Assembly: GCA_965243135.1 (NCBI GenBank)
Contig: OZ251539.1
Coordinates: 1,376,001 to 1,440,000, forward strand
From: Alphaproteobacteria bacterium
Lineage (GTDB): Bacteria > Pseudomonadota > Alphaproteobacteria > MPNO01 > UBA830
Length of the DNA stretch: 64,000 nucleotides
Direction of reading: 5' to 3'
A program made the translations under genes and the position numbers. The notes under the pieces were generated by a model, which did no database searches, was not told where the DNA came from, and saw nothing but the letters and a program-made list of their open reading frames with translations. Position 1 is the stretch's first letter. Every line of letters begins with the position of its first letter. Of this stretch, positions 49,979-59,590 are shown piece after piece.

Positions 49979-50599
49979 TCAGCCGCGCTTTCGGACGCCC
50001 GCCTGCTGCACCAGTCTCTCCAACGCCTCGTAAGGTTGGGCGCCGACCATGCCGTATCCGCCGGCGACGTAGGTGGGAACGCCGGTCACTCCGTATTGCC
50101 GGGATCTTTCCCAATCCCTGTCCACCGCGTCCCGGAACGTTCGTTCTTCGATGACGGCGCGGGCCCCCGCGGTCGGCAATCCGGATTTCTCCGCGACGTC
50201 GAGCAGGACCTCCGCGTCGCCGATATTGCGCGCGTCGACGAAGTACGCCCGATACAGGCCGTCATGCAGGGCTTCGCCGTCCTCGACCGTGTCAGCCCAC
50301 TTGCCGAGTTCCTGGGCGAGGCGGCTGTTGTAGGTATGCGTCCGCCGGCCGTAGGGCAGGCCTTCGGCGTCCATCCGCGCCTTCATGTCGCTGTACATTT
50401 TTTCGGGATCGAGCCCGCGCTGGGCGTAAAATCCGGCCATCTCGCGGCCTTCGGGAGGGGTGTCCGGATGCAGCGGGAAATGGACCAGCTCGAACCGGAT
50501 TTCGTAGTTGCGGCGCAGTTTTTCGGTACGCACGGTACCGAGATAGCACCAGGGTCAAACGTAGTCGCTGAAAATTTCCAGCGTTACGGGATCGGTCAT
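49979..50599 (-). CDS. DsbA/FrnE-like selenoprotein, UxxC
   Basis: MTDPVTLEIFSDYV-UGA(50555-50557)-PWCYLG...; GVTGVPT and GAQP motifs; 206 aa with read-through. Confidence 0.92.
50523..50541 (-). promoter_or_regulatory. Putative SECIS hairpin
   Basis: mRNA UCGGUAC-CGUGC-GUACCGA starting 13 nt after the UGA. Confidence 0.75.
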
Positions 50600-50838
50600 G
50601 CGATTCTCCATCGGCGTTGCGGCCCCCGGCGCGGAGGATGCAGGGGCGCGGTCAACATGCCACCGACGGCGGCGCGGCGCCAGCCGCCCGTTGCGGCGGA
50701 GGCCGCGAATCGCTTCCGGTCGCGCAGCCGCCGCGTCCGCGTCGCGGGCTTCGTTCCTTCTCCGTTGTATTTCGCGGGCGCGACCGGTACAGGGTGCTTG
50801 CGGGACGTTTCCGCCCGCGGGATTTTCAGGGCCGGCAG

Positions 50839-52635
50839 ATGAAACCGTCGATAACGACAGTATTGGTGGCGGGTTTCGGACTGCTGATCCTCGTCGGCAT
50901 GACGCTCGTTCTGGGGATTTCCATGTGGAGCGCCCGGGAGAACACGCGCACGCTGATCCGGGACAACGCCAGAACGGGCATATTGTCTCTCGCCCACGCG
51001 ATCCGCAGCCACCTCGATCCCGCCGAGGAGGCGAGCGCCTACGTCGCCGAGATGATCGGCGCCGGCCGCCTGGATCCGGCGAACGACGACCGGCTGGGCG
51101 AGATGCTGCTCGTCACCTCGGCGGCCGCGCCGCAGTTGTTCGGACTGGGATTCGTCCATGCGGACGGCCGCTTCCTGCGCGTGCCCCGCGGAAAGGCGCC
51201 CCTGAAGGGGGCGCGGGCGAGCGATTTCGAAGGCCTCTCCGATTTGCTCGCCGGAGCTTCCCGGCTTCCGCGCCGGCCGTTCTGGAGCGACCTCGCGGGG
51301 GTGGAGGAAATCGACGCGACGCTGATCGAGTCCTGGGTGCCGGTCTGGAAAGGAGATTCGTTCGTGGGCCTGCTGGTGTCCACGGTGTCCGCCAGCGACC
51401 TTTCGCGCTTCATCGCCGTTTCCTCGGGCTCCCCATTGAGGCGGAACCGTTTCATTCTTTACGGAAGGGACCACGTGCTCGCCCACCGCAACATGGCGGA
51501 CGGCGGATTTCGGCGGAACGCGGACGTTCCGCTGCCGCGGCTGGGCGAGGTCGAAGACCGCGTGCTGGAGCGGATATGGAGTCCCGACGCCCGGGAACTG
51601 CGCATCGACGACCTCGGCGAAAACGTGCACGGACATTCGGTCGACGTCGACGGCGAACAGCACGTTTACGTCTTCACTTATCTGAGGGATTACGGAACGA
51701 CGCCGCTGATCGCGGGCGTCTACGTCGGTCCGGCCGACGGTCTCGGCGCCGAATTCCGGCGTCTGACGCAGGCCGGCGTCGCGGGGCTCGCCGTGATCTT
51801 GCTCAGCGTGGCCGTCGCGGTCTTTTTCGGCCGCCGGGTCAGCGCCCCCGTCAGACGCCTCGCGGCGGGGTCGTCGGCGGTGGCGGAGTTCGAATTCGAC
51901 CGCGTGGAGCGGCTGAGGCCCAGCCGCCTGCGCGAACTCGACGAGGCGGCGCGCGCCTTCAACCGGATGATGGCCGGCCTGCGATGGTTCGAGACCTACG
52001 TTCCGCGGCGCCTCGTCCGGCGCCTCGTCGAGCGCGACGCGCCGGTGGTGTCCGAGGAAAAGCTGGTGACCGTGATTTTCACGGACATCGTCGGCTTCTC
52101 GACCCTGGCGGAGCGAATGCCGGCCGCCGAAGTCGCGCGGCTTCTCGACGAGCACTTCGCGATTCTGGTCGATTGCATCGAGGCCGAAGACGGTACGGTC
52201 GACAAATATATCGGCGATTCGATAATGGCGTTCTGGGAAGCGGACGACACGGCCGACCGCGCCTTGCGCGCGGTCGCGGCCATCCGCGCCGGCATCGGGA
52301 AAGAGAACCAACGTCGGAGCGCGGGAGGAAGTCCGAAGATTTTCTTGCGAATCGGCGTTCACACCGGTCCGGCGATCGTCGGCAACGTCGGAGCCGCCGG
52401 GCGGGTCAATTACACTTTGATCGGCGACACGGTGAACGTCGCCGCGCGGCTCGAGCAGCTCTGCAAGGAAGCGGCGACCGGCGGCGGCGACGTCGCTGCG
52501 CTCGTGAGCGGCGATACGGCGAAGCATGCGTCGGAAGGACGCGGCCTTGCGCATCGCGGGCGATATTCGGTTCGGGGCCGCGACGGCGACATCGACGTTT
52601 ACGAACTGAAGGAGCGGGATCAAGCGGCTCGTTGA
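50839..52635 (+). CDS. Membrane class III adenylate cyclase (periplasmic sensor, HAMP, cyclase)
   Basis: Two TM segments, HAMP, FTDIVGFS, DKYIGD, NYTLIGDTVNVAARLE. Confidence 0.92.
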   Translation: MKPSITTVLVAGFGLLILVGMTLVLGISMWSARENTRTLIRDNARTGILSLAHAIRSHLDPAEEASAYVAEMIGAGRLDPANDDRLGEMLLVTSAAAPQLFGLGFVHADGRFLRVPRGKAPLKGARASDFEGLSDLLAGASRLPRRPFWSDLAGVEEIDATLIESWVPVWKGDSFVGLLVSTVSASDLSRFIAVSSGSPLRRNRFILYGRDHVLAHRNMADGGFRRNADVPLPRLGEVEDRVLERIWSPDARELRIDDLGENVHGHSVDVDGEQHVYVFTYLRDYGTTPLIAGVYVGPADGLGAEFRRLTQAGVAGLAVILLSVAVAVFFGRRVSAPVRRLAAGSSAVAEFEFDRVERLRPSRLRELDEAARAFNRMMAGLRWFETYVPRRLVRRLVERDAPVVSEEKLVTVIFTDIVGFSTLAERMPAAEVARLLDEHFAILVDCIEAEDGTVDKYIGDSIMAFWEADDTADRALRAVAAIRAGIGKENQRRSAGGSPKIFLRIGVHTGPAIVGNVGAAGRVNYTLIGDTVNVAARLEQLCKEAATGGGDVAALVSGDTAKHASEGRGLAHRGRYSVRGRDGDIDVYELKERDQAAR

Positions 52636-52680
52636 TGCGCGGCGCGGCCAGGGGCCGCGCCGAGCGCCGCCGACCGGCGT

Positions 52681-53811
52681 TCACGCGCTCGCCGCGGCGA
52701 CCAGATGGTTGTCCCAACGGGAGTTTTTGACGAAGTCGCCGTCGAGAGGCCTTGCGGCGCCCGACCCCGGATCGATGGCGAACGCGCCGCCGCGGCCGCT
52801 GCTGGCGACGATTCGGCCTTCCATGTCGCTCGGCGCGACGCCGCTTCCGTCGGCGACGCGCGCGGCGGCGGCGTAACGGCCGGTATCGGCGTTCCAGAAG
52901 GTGACGAGGTTGCCGCGCGGAGCGGACGCGGCGATCGTCCGTCCGCTTTTGTCGAATGCGACGCTGCCGCAATATTGCTTCATCGCCCGCAGCGCTTTCG
53001 CGGGGCCTCCGAGCGGCCGCAGGCTTTCGGCGCCGGGCTCGAGCAGGGCCACGAGCGGCACCACGTCGTTTGCGGGACCTTCGTACTGCATGGCGACCGC
53101 GACGGTATCGTTTCCGCTGACGGCGAGATGCCGGATGCTGAGCTGGCGCAGCGCGTTTCCGAGCCGGAATTTCCGCAACAGCGCGCCGTCGCGGCGGTCG
53201 ATGCAGCACAGCGACGGCGCCATGGTGGGCAGGTTGAGCTTGACGCGCGGCAGATCCGGCCGCGTCAGGATTCCGCCGTTGGCGACGACCAGCGTGTCGC
53301 CGTCGGAAAGAAGGCGAATGTCGTGAGGACCGGCGCCGTGCGAGGCCAGTTCTCCGACTCGCCTGTAGCCGTCCGCGGCGTCGTAGACCCCGATGACGCC
53401 GCGCTCGCCCTCGAAGTCGTTTTCCGTGGCGTAGAGCAGGCGCCCGTCGCGGCTGAACGCGCCGTGGCCGTAAAAGTGCCGGTTCTCGGGCGCGAAGAAT
53501 TCGGTCGAGACGATTCCTCGAGCGAGGTCGATCTCGAGGGCGAAGGCGCCGGGCCTGCGGGCGAAGTGCACCGCGACCCGCCTAGCGGGGGCGACCGCGA
53601 AGGAATGCCCGCGCGCCGGCGTCGGCAGGTCGAACGCCCGCGCGCCGGACGGGGAGAAGCCGGCGACCCGGAAGCTGCCCGCCGTTTCGCCGGCCCGCGC
53701 GGAGAGATAGATCGCGCCGGCGGCGCGCAGCGGAGCCGGCGCGAGCGGCAGGAGGGCGCCGCCGACGAAGAGCCGAAGCAGGCTTCTGCGCTCAATCCCC
53801 GTCGAGCGCAT
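52681..53811 (-). CDS. DUF1513 beta-propeller protein (Tat-like signal)
   Basis: RRSLL, ARRPG, HFYGHG, ATEND, GPHD, WDNH. Confidence 0.88.
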   Translation of the reverse strand: MRSTGIERRSLLRLFVGGALLPLAPAPLRAAGAIYLSARAGETAGSFRVAGFSPSGARAFDLPTPARGHSFAVAPARRVAVHFARRPGAFALEIDLARGIVSTEFFAPENRHFYGHGAFSRDGRLLYATENDFEGERGVIGVYDAADGYRRVGELASHGAGPHDIRLLSDGDTLVVANGGILTRPDLPRVKLNLPTMAPSLCCIDRRDGALLRKFRLGNALRQLSIRHLAVSGNDTVAVAMQYEGPANDVVPLVALLEPGAESLRPLGGPAKALRAMKQYCGSVAFDKSGRTIAASAPRGNLVTFWNADTGRYAAAARVADGSGVAPSDMEGRIVASSGRGGAFAIDPGSGAARPLDGDFVKNSRWDNHLVAAASA

Positions 53812-54853
53812 TGAATCCGATGGAAAACCCGAGCGCCGGCGCGAGGCGGTCCCGGACGATTTGCCTGAGCGCCTGCGCCTGGACCGCCAGTTTCCCGGCC
53901 TTGGGCTTCAGGGAGGGGCTTGCGGCGGCTTCTTCCAGCGGACGCCCGATGGAGCGCGCCGTCCCGATGGTGATGCGGAACGCCTTGCGCATCAGGCTGT
54001 CGAGCTTCGGGTCGCCGGCGCGGGCGAGTTCGCCGAGACCCGGCCCGTTTTCTCCGAGATACATCGCCTGCAGCGACTCCAGGTTCCGGATTACGTTGCG
54101 CAGCGAACGTCCGCTGAGACGCGATTCGGCGAGGCGCGGCCGCCCGGCCGCGCCGACCACGGGCTTGAGCTTGGCGTCGGCGACGAATTGCAGGCCGTCG
54201 TGAAGGCTCTTGAAGAAGGCGAGGGTGGCTTCGCGATGATCCGCGAAGTTCGCGTTCCCGGGCGCCGTCACGGTCCGGGAGAACGGCGCGTCGCCGTCCT
54301 CCCATTCCGCGAGGATGTCCGCGGCCATGACGCGCATGTTGCCCGTCGCGGCTTCGAGGAGGTCGCAGCCGGGACCGTTCCGGACTGCGCGCGGCTCGCC
54401 GTAGAGGAGCGTCTCCGCGGCCAGCAGGCCCTGGAGGGCGGCGTTGGTCCGCCCTATGCGCTCGGGGAGGGTCGCGGCGCGGTCCTCGTCTTCGATCGCC
54501 TCGCGGATCGCGCCGGCGACCTTGCCGCGCGCCTGCGGCCAGAAGTGGAAACGAAAGACGCGCATTGACAACTCGACGGGACCGAAGCGCAGGTGGCGAA
54601 CGCCCATCCAGGCGTCCATGGCCTCGTGAAAGCCCGCCCTTGCGGCGCCGAGGGTCGCCTCTCCGCCGCAGAAGGCCTTGGCGGCGTCGGCGAGGTTTCC
54701 GGTCGCGGCCGACAGGAGCCGGTAGCGCGGCAGAACGTGATTCTCCACGAGGGCGGCGTTGACGCGCCTCGACGCGTCGCCGGGCCCTTCGGCGCGGACG
54801 GTCGCCGGGCTCGCCCAGACCAGGACGGCCAGAATCAGCGGCAGGAACTTCAT
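53792..54853 (-). CDS. Imelysin-family protein
   Basis: Signal peptide, FGP...FWP, QGLLAAE, C-terminal GFNALDGD. Confidence 0.85.
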   Translation of the reverse strand: MKFLPLILAVLVWASPATVRAEGPGDASRRVNAALVENHVLPRYRLLSAATGNLADAAKAFCGGEATLGAARAGFHEAMDAWMGVRHLRFGPVELSMRVFRFHFWPQARGKVAGAIREAIEDEDRAATLPERIGRTNAALQGLLAAETLLYGEPRAVRNGPGCDLLEAATGNMRVMAADILAEWEDGDAPFSRTVTAPGNANFADHREATLAFFKSLHDGLQFVADAKLKPVVGAAGRPRLAESRLSGRSLRNVIRNLESLQAMYLGENGPGLGELARAGDPKLDSLMRKAFRITIGTARSIGRPLEEAAASPSLKPKAGKLAVQAQALRQIVRDRLAPALGFSIGFNALDGD

Positions 54854-54870
54854 CGCGTCTCTCCCGTCGT

Positions 54871-56370
54871 TCAGAGTGAATTCAGGAACGCGAGCAGCGC
54901 GGCGCGCTCGTCCTTCGTCATCTCGACGACGCGCTGCTTCGCCGCCCGCGCTTCGCCGTCGTGCCAAAGGATGGCTTCGAGAAGGTTGCGCGCGCGGCCG
55001 TCGTGCAGGAAAAACGTATGGCCGTTCACGGCCTTCGTCAGACCGATGCCCCACAGCGGCGGCGTCCGCCACTCGCGTCCGGACGCTTCCCACTCGGACC
55101 GTCCGTCCGCCAGTCCTTCGCCCATGTCGTGCAACAGCAGATCCGTATAGGGCCAGATTAGCTGAAACGACTGTTCCTCGCCGATCGAATCGCGGCGGGT
55201 CACGTATTTGGGCCGATGGCAGCCGATGCAGTTCGATTCGTAGAACAGGCGCTTGCCTTCGAGCACCTGCGGGTCGTCCAGGTCCCGCCGCGCCGGGACG
55301 CCGAGGTTGCGCGTGTAGAAAACGACCAGGCCAAACATCCTTTCGTTCGCCTCCGCGCCGTTCGGCGGGCTGCCGTGAGGCGCGGCGCGGCAGACCGGTT
55401 GCCGGGACGTGCAGTCGCCCGCCGGATTCGGATAGAGCGGCGTCGAGATGCCGATGTCGCCCAGGAAAGCGCTCGCCGTCTGTTGCGCGACCGTCGGTTG
55501 CGACGCCTTCCACCCGAATCGTCCGAGCGTCGTCCTTCGGCGTTCGTCGCTCCACACCCGGTTGGGCCGCCCCGAGATGCCGTCCCCGTCGGCGTCGTCC
55601 GGATCGGCGCGGGAAACGATGTCGGCTTCCGGGATGGCTTCCAGCAACCCGATGCCGATCATGGGAGGCGCGACGCGGGGCGACAGCATCGTTCGCGGGT
55701 CCAGGGGACCGTAGGAAAGGTTCGCGAACCCGTAGGTCGGGGCGCGCAGATGCGCCGTCTCGCCGCCCGACAGCTCGACCGGGATCTCCCGGTACGAGAT
55801 CGTCATGTCGCCCTCGGCGGGAACGCCTCGAACCGAGAAATTCTGCAGCTGCGTTCCGTAGGTCGGTTCCGGGACGACGGCCGTTCGACGGGTTTGCCGC
55901 GCCTCTCGCGCGTCCTGCGGCGGGATCGAGAGCCGCAGGAACATGGATTCGGCGCGCTCGCCGGGAGCCGGCGGGCGGCCGCGCCCGTCCTTGAGGTGGC
56001 AACGCTGGCAGGACCGCGCGTTGAAGAGGGGACCGAGGCCGTCCGAAGAGGCGGTCGAACTCGGCGCCGACACCCAGAGCTTCTTGAAGATCCCGTTGCC
56101 CACTCTGAAATTCAGCTGGCGTTCGAAGCTCATGTTTCCCGAGGGATGCGAAAAGGAGTTTCGGTTCGGCGGCCTGAGGACCGTCGCCGCGCCGCCGGGA
56201 CGGCGTTCGAATCGTTCCGGTTTGGAAAAGTCGGTCGCCGGTCGGGTCGCCGCCGCCGCCCGCTCGCGGTCCGACTGGGCCGGAGCCTCCGCGGCGGCCG
56301 CGACGCCCATCGCGGCCAGAGCCGCGAGGCTTGCGCGCCGGGCGGCGCGGAAGGGAAGCGGGCGAGTCAT
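54871..56370 (-). CDS. Di-heme oxidoreductase (DHOR/DUF1111)
   Basis: GLGPLFNARSCQRCH, GRFGWKA, CIGCH, WRTPPLWG, LHDGRAR. Confidence 0.92.
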   Translation of the reverse strand: MTRPLPFRAARRASLAALAAMGVAAAAEAPAQSDRERAAAATRPATDFSKPERFERRPGGAATVLRPPNRNSFSHPSGNMSFERQLNFRVGNGIFKKLWVSAPSSTASSDGLGPLFNARSCQRCHLKDGRGRPPAPGERAESMFLRLSIPPQDAREARQTRRTAVVPEPTYGTQLQNFSVRGVPAEGDMTISYREIPVELSGGETAHLRAPTYGFANLSYGPLDPRTMLSPRVAPPMIGIGLLEAIPEADIVSRADPDDADGDGISGRPNRVWSDERRRTTLGRFGWKASQPTVAQQTASAFLGDIGISTPLYPNPAGDCTSRQPVCRAAPHGSPPNGAEANERMFGLVVFYTRNLGVPARRDLDDPQVLEGKRLFYESNCIGCHRPKYVTRRDSIGEEQSFQLIWPYTDLLLHDMGEGLADGRSEWEASGREWRTPPLWGIGLTKAVNGHTFFLHDGRARNLLEAILWHDGEARAAKQRVVEMTKDERAALLAFLNSL

Positions 56371-56887
56371 CGCCGCGGCGCCTTCCCGGGAGCGGCGGCG
56401 TTTTCCGTCGACCGGGACGGCGAGCCCGCTCGGGAGAGAGGGTTCGTTCCCGGCTTTCCGGAGGCGGCCGGCCGGCCGATTCGCGCGCCGCGGCGGGACG
56501 ACGGGAAGCGGGCCCCCGGGAGCGACCGGACGATTCGGGCTCGGAAGGACGAATCGTCCGTCCGCCCGATGCGCGGGGCGGAGGCGGTCGCCGGAGTTTC
56601 GGCTCTCCCGGCGCGCGCTTCCTCGGCGGGGCGGGGGACGCGCCGCGCCGACTTGTTCTCGCAAACCATGTTCCGGAGCTGTTCTGCAATGGAAACGGGC
56701 GATAATGAGACGGTTAGGCAGGCGATTCCAGCATTTCCCGCCCTCCCATCAAGCGCCCGGGCCAACCGAACGGGCGCGCCGTCCGCCCCCGGCTCGCCGG
56801 ACAGGTTGGCGGGACCGCGCCGCGCCTCGCGGACTTCCGTTTCCGCGCCTCGTCTTTCGCGTCGTCGGGGAGGGGTTGACATGACCG

Positions 56888-56935
56888 TAATGATAATGAG
56901 AATGAGTTGCATTGCAAATGATAATCGTTATCATT
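56888..56935. promoter_or_regulatory. Fur-box-like cluster in divergent promoter
   Basis: Palindrome AATGATAATCGTTATCATT (56917-56935) plus TAATGATAATGAGAATGAG; AT-rich patch between iron genes. Confidence 0.8.
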
Positions 56936-56969
56936 GCGAATGATTGTCAATATCACGGAAGGACTACCG

Positions 56970-58094
56970 ATGAAACTGGGAACCTTGGCGGCCGTCGTTG
57001 CCGTAATGCTCCATCTGCCCGCCATGGCGCAGGACTCCTTCGAGGAGCGCCTCGCCAAGATGGAGCAGCGCATACGCTATCTGGAAGAGCGGGTCGCGGT
57101 GCAGGACAGGGTGATCGTCGAGAAGGATCGCCGGATTTCGAGTTTGACCTCCCAGGAAGACGCCTGGTTCGGCCGCATGGAGGTGGGCGGCGTCGTGGAA
57201 GTCGAGGCGGTTTACGAAAGTCCCGGCGAAGGAAAGAGCACCACCGACGCCGACGTGGCGACCGTGGAGCTCGGCGCCGCGGTCCAGGTCCACGACTGGG
57301 CCGGCGCGGAGGTCGTTCTCCTCTACGACGACGAGGAGGACCTGAACGTCGACGCCGCGACCCTGACGGTCGGCCCGCCGGACGGCCCGTGGTCGTTCAC
57401 CGCTGGTCAGTACACGTTGCCGTTCGGAACGTACGAAACCAGCCTCGTTTCCGATCCCGTGACGCTCGAGATCGGCGAGACCGGCGAGACCGCCCTCGAG
57501 TTGGGCTTCGAATTCGACGGGTTCGGGGCGTCCGCCTTCGCTTTCAACGGCGGATTCGACCGGGGCGGCGACGACCGCATTTCCGGTTTCGGCGCCGCGG
57601 CCGGATGGGCGATGGAATCCGAAGATTCGGCTTTCGGCGTCAACGTGTCCTGGATCAACGATCTGGGCGAATCGGATGCCGTCGAGGAAGCGGTCGGAGA
57701 GGAGGCCGGCGACCGGCGCGTCGCCGGCTGGACGGCGAGCGGCTTCGCCAGTTTCGGAGCCGTAACGGTCTCCGGCGAATACCTGGCCGCCGCGAGCGAA
57801 TTCCGCGACGAGAATATCGCCGGCGCCGAACCGGCGAGCTGGTCGCTGGAGGCCGCCTACGATTTCGAGATCGGAGGCAAGGAGGCGACCGTCGCCGCGA
57901 GCTGGCAGCGGACGGAAGACGCGGTCCTCCTTGAGCTGCCCGAGACCAGATGGCTCGTCGGACTCTCCGTCGGCCTTGTGGACGGTGTCGCCCTCGGGTT
58001 CGAATATAAGCGCGACGCCGGTTACGGCGAGGCGGAAGGCGGCGACGGAAAGAACTCCGACGCCTTCGCCACCCTGCTTTCCGCCGAATTCTGA
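56970..58094 (+). CDS. LbtU-family siderophore porin-like outer-membrane protein
   Basis: Signal peptide, coiled coil, VEVEA...ATVELG, PFGTYETSLVSDPVTLEIGET, terminal F. Confidence 0.75.
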   Translation: MKLGTLAAVVAVMLHLPAMAQDSFEERLAKMEQRIRYLEERVAVQDRVIVEKDRRISSLTSQEDAWFGRMEVGGVVEVEAVYESPGEGKSTTDADVATVELGAAVQVHDWAGAEVVLLYDDEEDLNVDAATLTVGPPDGPWSFTAGQYTLPFGTYETSLVSDPVTLEIGETGETALELGFEFDGFGASAFAFNGGFDRGGDDRISGFGAAAGWAMESEDSAFGVNVSWINDLGESDAVEEAVGEEAGDRRVAGWTASGFASFGAVTVSGEYLAAASEFRDENIAGAEPASWSLEAAYDFEIGGKEATVAASWQRTEDAVLLELPETRWLVGLSVGLVDGVALGFEYKRDAGYGEAEGGDGKNSDAFATLLSAEF

Positions 58095-58120
58095 AACGAT
58101 CCGAAGAGGAGAACGAGACG

Positions 58121-59374
58121 ATGAGAACGTTTCTTGCGACGTTGCTGCTCCTGTCGACGTCCGCTTTCGCGGCGGCCCAGGAGCGCGCGGTGCTGTCGCA
58201 CTACGCGACGGTGGCCCACGCCATGTACGAGGACTCGCTGATTGCCGCCCGCGGCCTGCAGAAGGCCGTGCGCCGGTTGGTCGAAAACCCCGGCGAAAAG
58301 AACCTTGCCGCCGCGCGGGCGGCGTGGAAGGCAGCCCGGGTTCCCTATCAGCAAACCGAAGTCTACCGCTTCGGCAACGCCATCGTCGACGATTGGGAGG
58401 GCAAGGTGAACGCTTGGCCGCTCGACGAAGGGCTGATCGACTATGTCGCGGCGAGTTACGGCGCGGAGTCCGAGGAGAACCCCGGATTCCGGGCGAACGT
58501 CATCGCGAATCCGTCGTTCGCGTTCGCCGGAAAGGCCGTCGACGCGCGCCGCATCACCAAGAGTCTGCTTGCCGACACGCTGCACGAGATCGGCGGGGTC
58601 GAGGCGAACGTCGCGACGGGCTACCACGCGGTCGAGTTCCTTCTCTGGGGACAGGACTTGAACGGCACGGGACCCGGAGCGGGCAGGCGGCCGGCGAGCG
58701 ACTTCGATCCCGCCGCGTGCTCCTGGGGGAATTGCGAACGGCGCGCGGCTTACCTCGAGGCCGCCGCCGGTCTCCTGATCGACGATCTGGCGTGGATGGC
58801 GGCTCAATGGGCGCCCGGCGGCAAGGCGCGCGCGGGGCTGCTCGAAGGGGAGGTCAAAGCGGGTCTGGCGACCATCCTCACCGGCATGGGCAGCCTGTCC
58901 TACGGCGAACTTGCGGGCGAGCGCATGAAGCTCGGCCTGCTGCTCCACGACCCGGAGGAAGAGCACGACTGCTTCAGCGACAACACCCATTACTCGCACT
59001 ATTACGACGCGCTCGGAATCCGGAACGTCTACCTCGGCGAATACCGGCGAATCGACGGGACGACGGTGAACGGGCCGGGTCTCACGACGCTCGTCGAGGC
59101 CGCTTCGCCGGGCGTCGACAGGAGCCTGCGGGACCGCCTCGACGCGACGATGGCGGCCATGGACGTGCTCGTGAAGACCGCCGAGGGCGGCGAGGCGTAC
59201 GATCAGATGATCGGCGAGGGCAACGAAGCGGGCAACGCCAAGGTGCAAGCCGCCATCGACGCCCTGACGGCGCAGACCCGCGAGATCGAGAAAGCCGTCG
59301 CTGCGCTTCGACTCGCCGCGATCGAGTTCGAGGGGTCGGACAGCCTCGACAATCCCGAGGCCGTGTTCAAGTAG
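58121..59374 (+). CDS. Imelysin/IrpA iron-regulated protein
   Basis: NAWPLDEGLIDY, ATGYHAVEFLLWGQD (GxHxxE), EHDCFSDNT. Confidence 0.92.
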   Translation: MRTFLATLLLLSTSAFAAAQERAVLSHYATVAHAMYEDSLIAARGLQKAVRRLVENPGEKNLAAARAAWKAARVPYQQTEVYRFGNAIVDDWEGKVNAWPLDEGLIDYVAASYGAESEENPGFRANVIANPSFAFAGKAVDARRITKSLLADTLHEIGGVEANVATGYHAVEFLLWGQDLNGTGPGAGRRPASDFDPAACSWGNCERRAAYLEAAAGLLIDDLAWMAAQWAPGGKARAGLLEGEVKAGLATILTGMGSLSYGELAGERMKLGLLLHDPEEEHDCFSDNTHYSHYYDALGIRNVYLGEYRRIDGTTVNGPGLTTLVEAASPGVDRSLRDRLDATMAAMDVLVKTAEGGEAYDQMIGEGNEAGNAKVQAAIDALTAQTREIEKAVAALRLAAIEFEGSDSLDNPEAVFK

Positions 59375-59590
59375 ACCGCTCGTCTCCGGGCCCGCCCCCA
59401 CCCTCCCGCGGGCCCGGCCTCCGCCGAAAGGTCGGGCAGAGTGCGCCCGGCCTTTCCGGCGGAGGTCCTTTCGCGCGCCGGGCGCTTCCTCCGCCCGCCG
59501 GCCCGCGCTGTTCGGTCGGCGCCGGTTCGTCTATGATCGAAGCGTTGGCCGGCGCGGTTCCCGCTGTCGGCGAAGCAGAAGGAGGAAACG

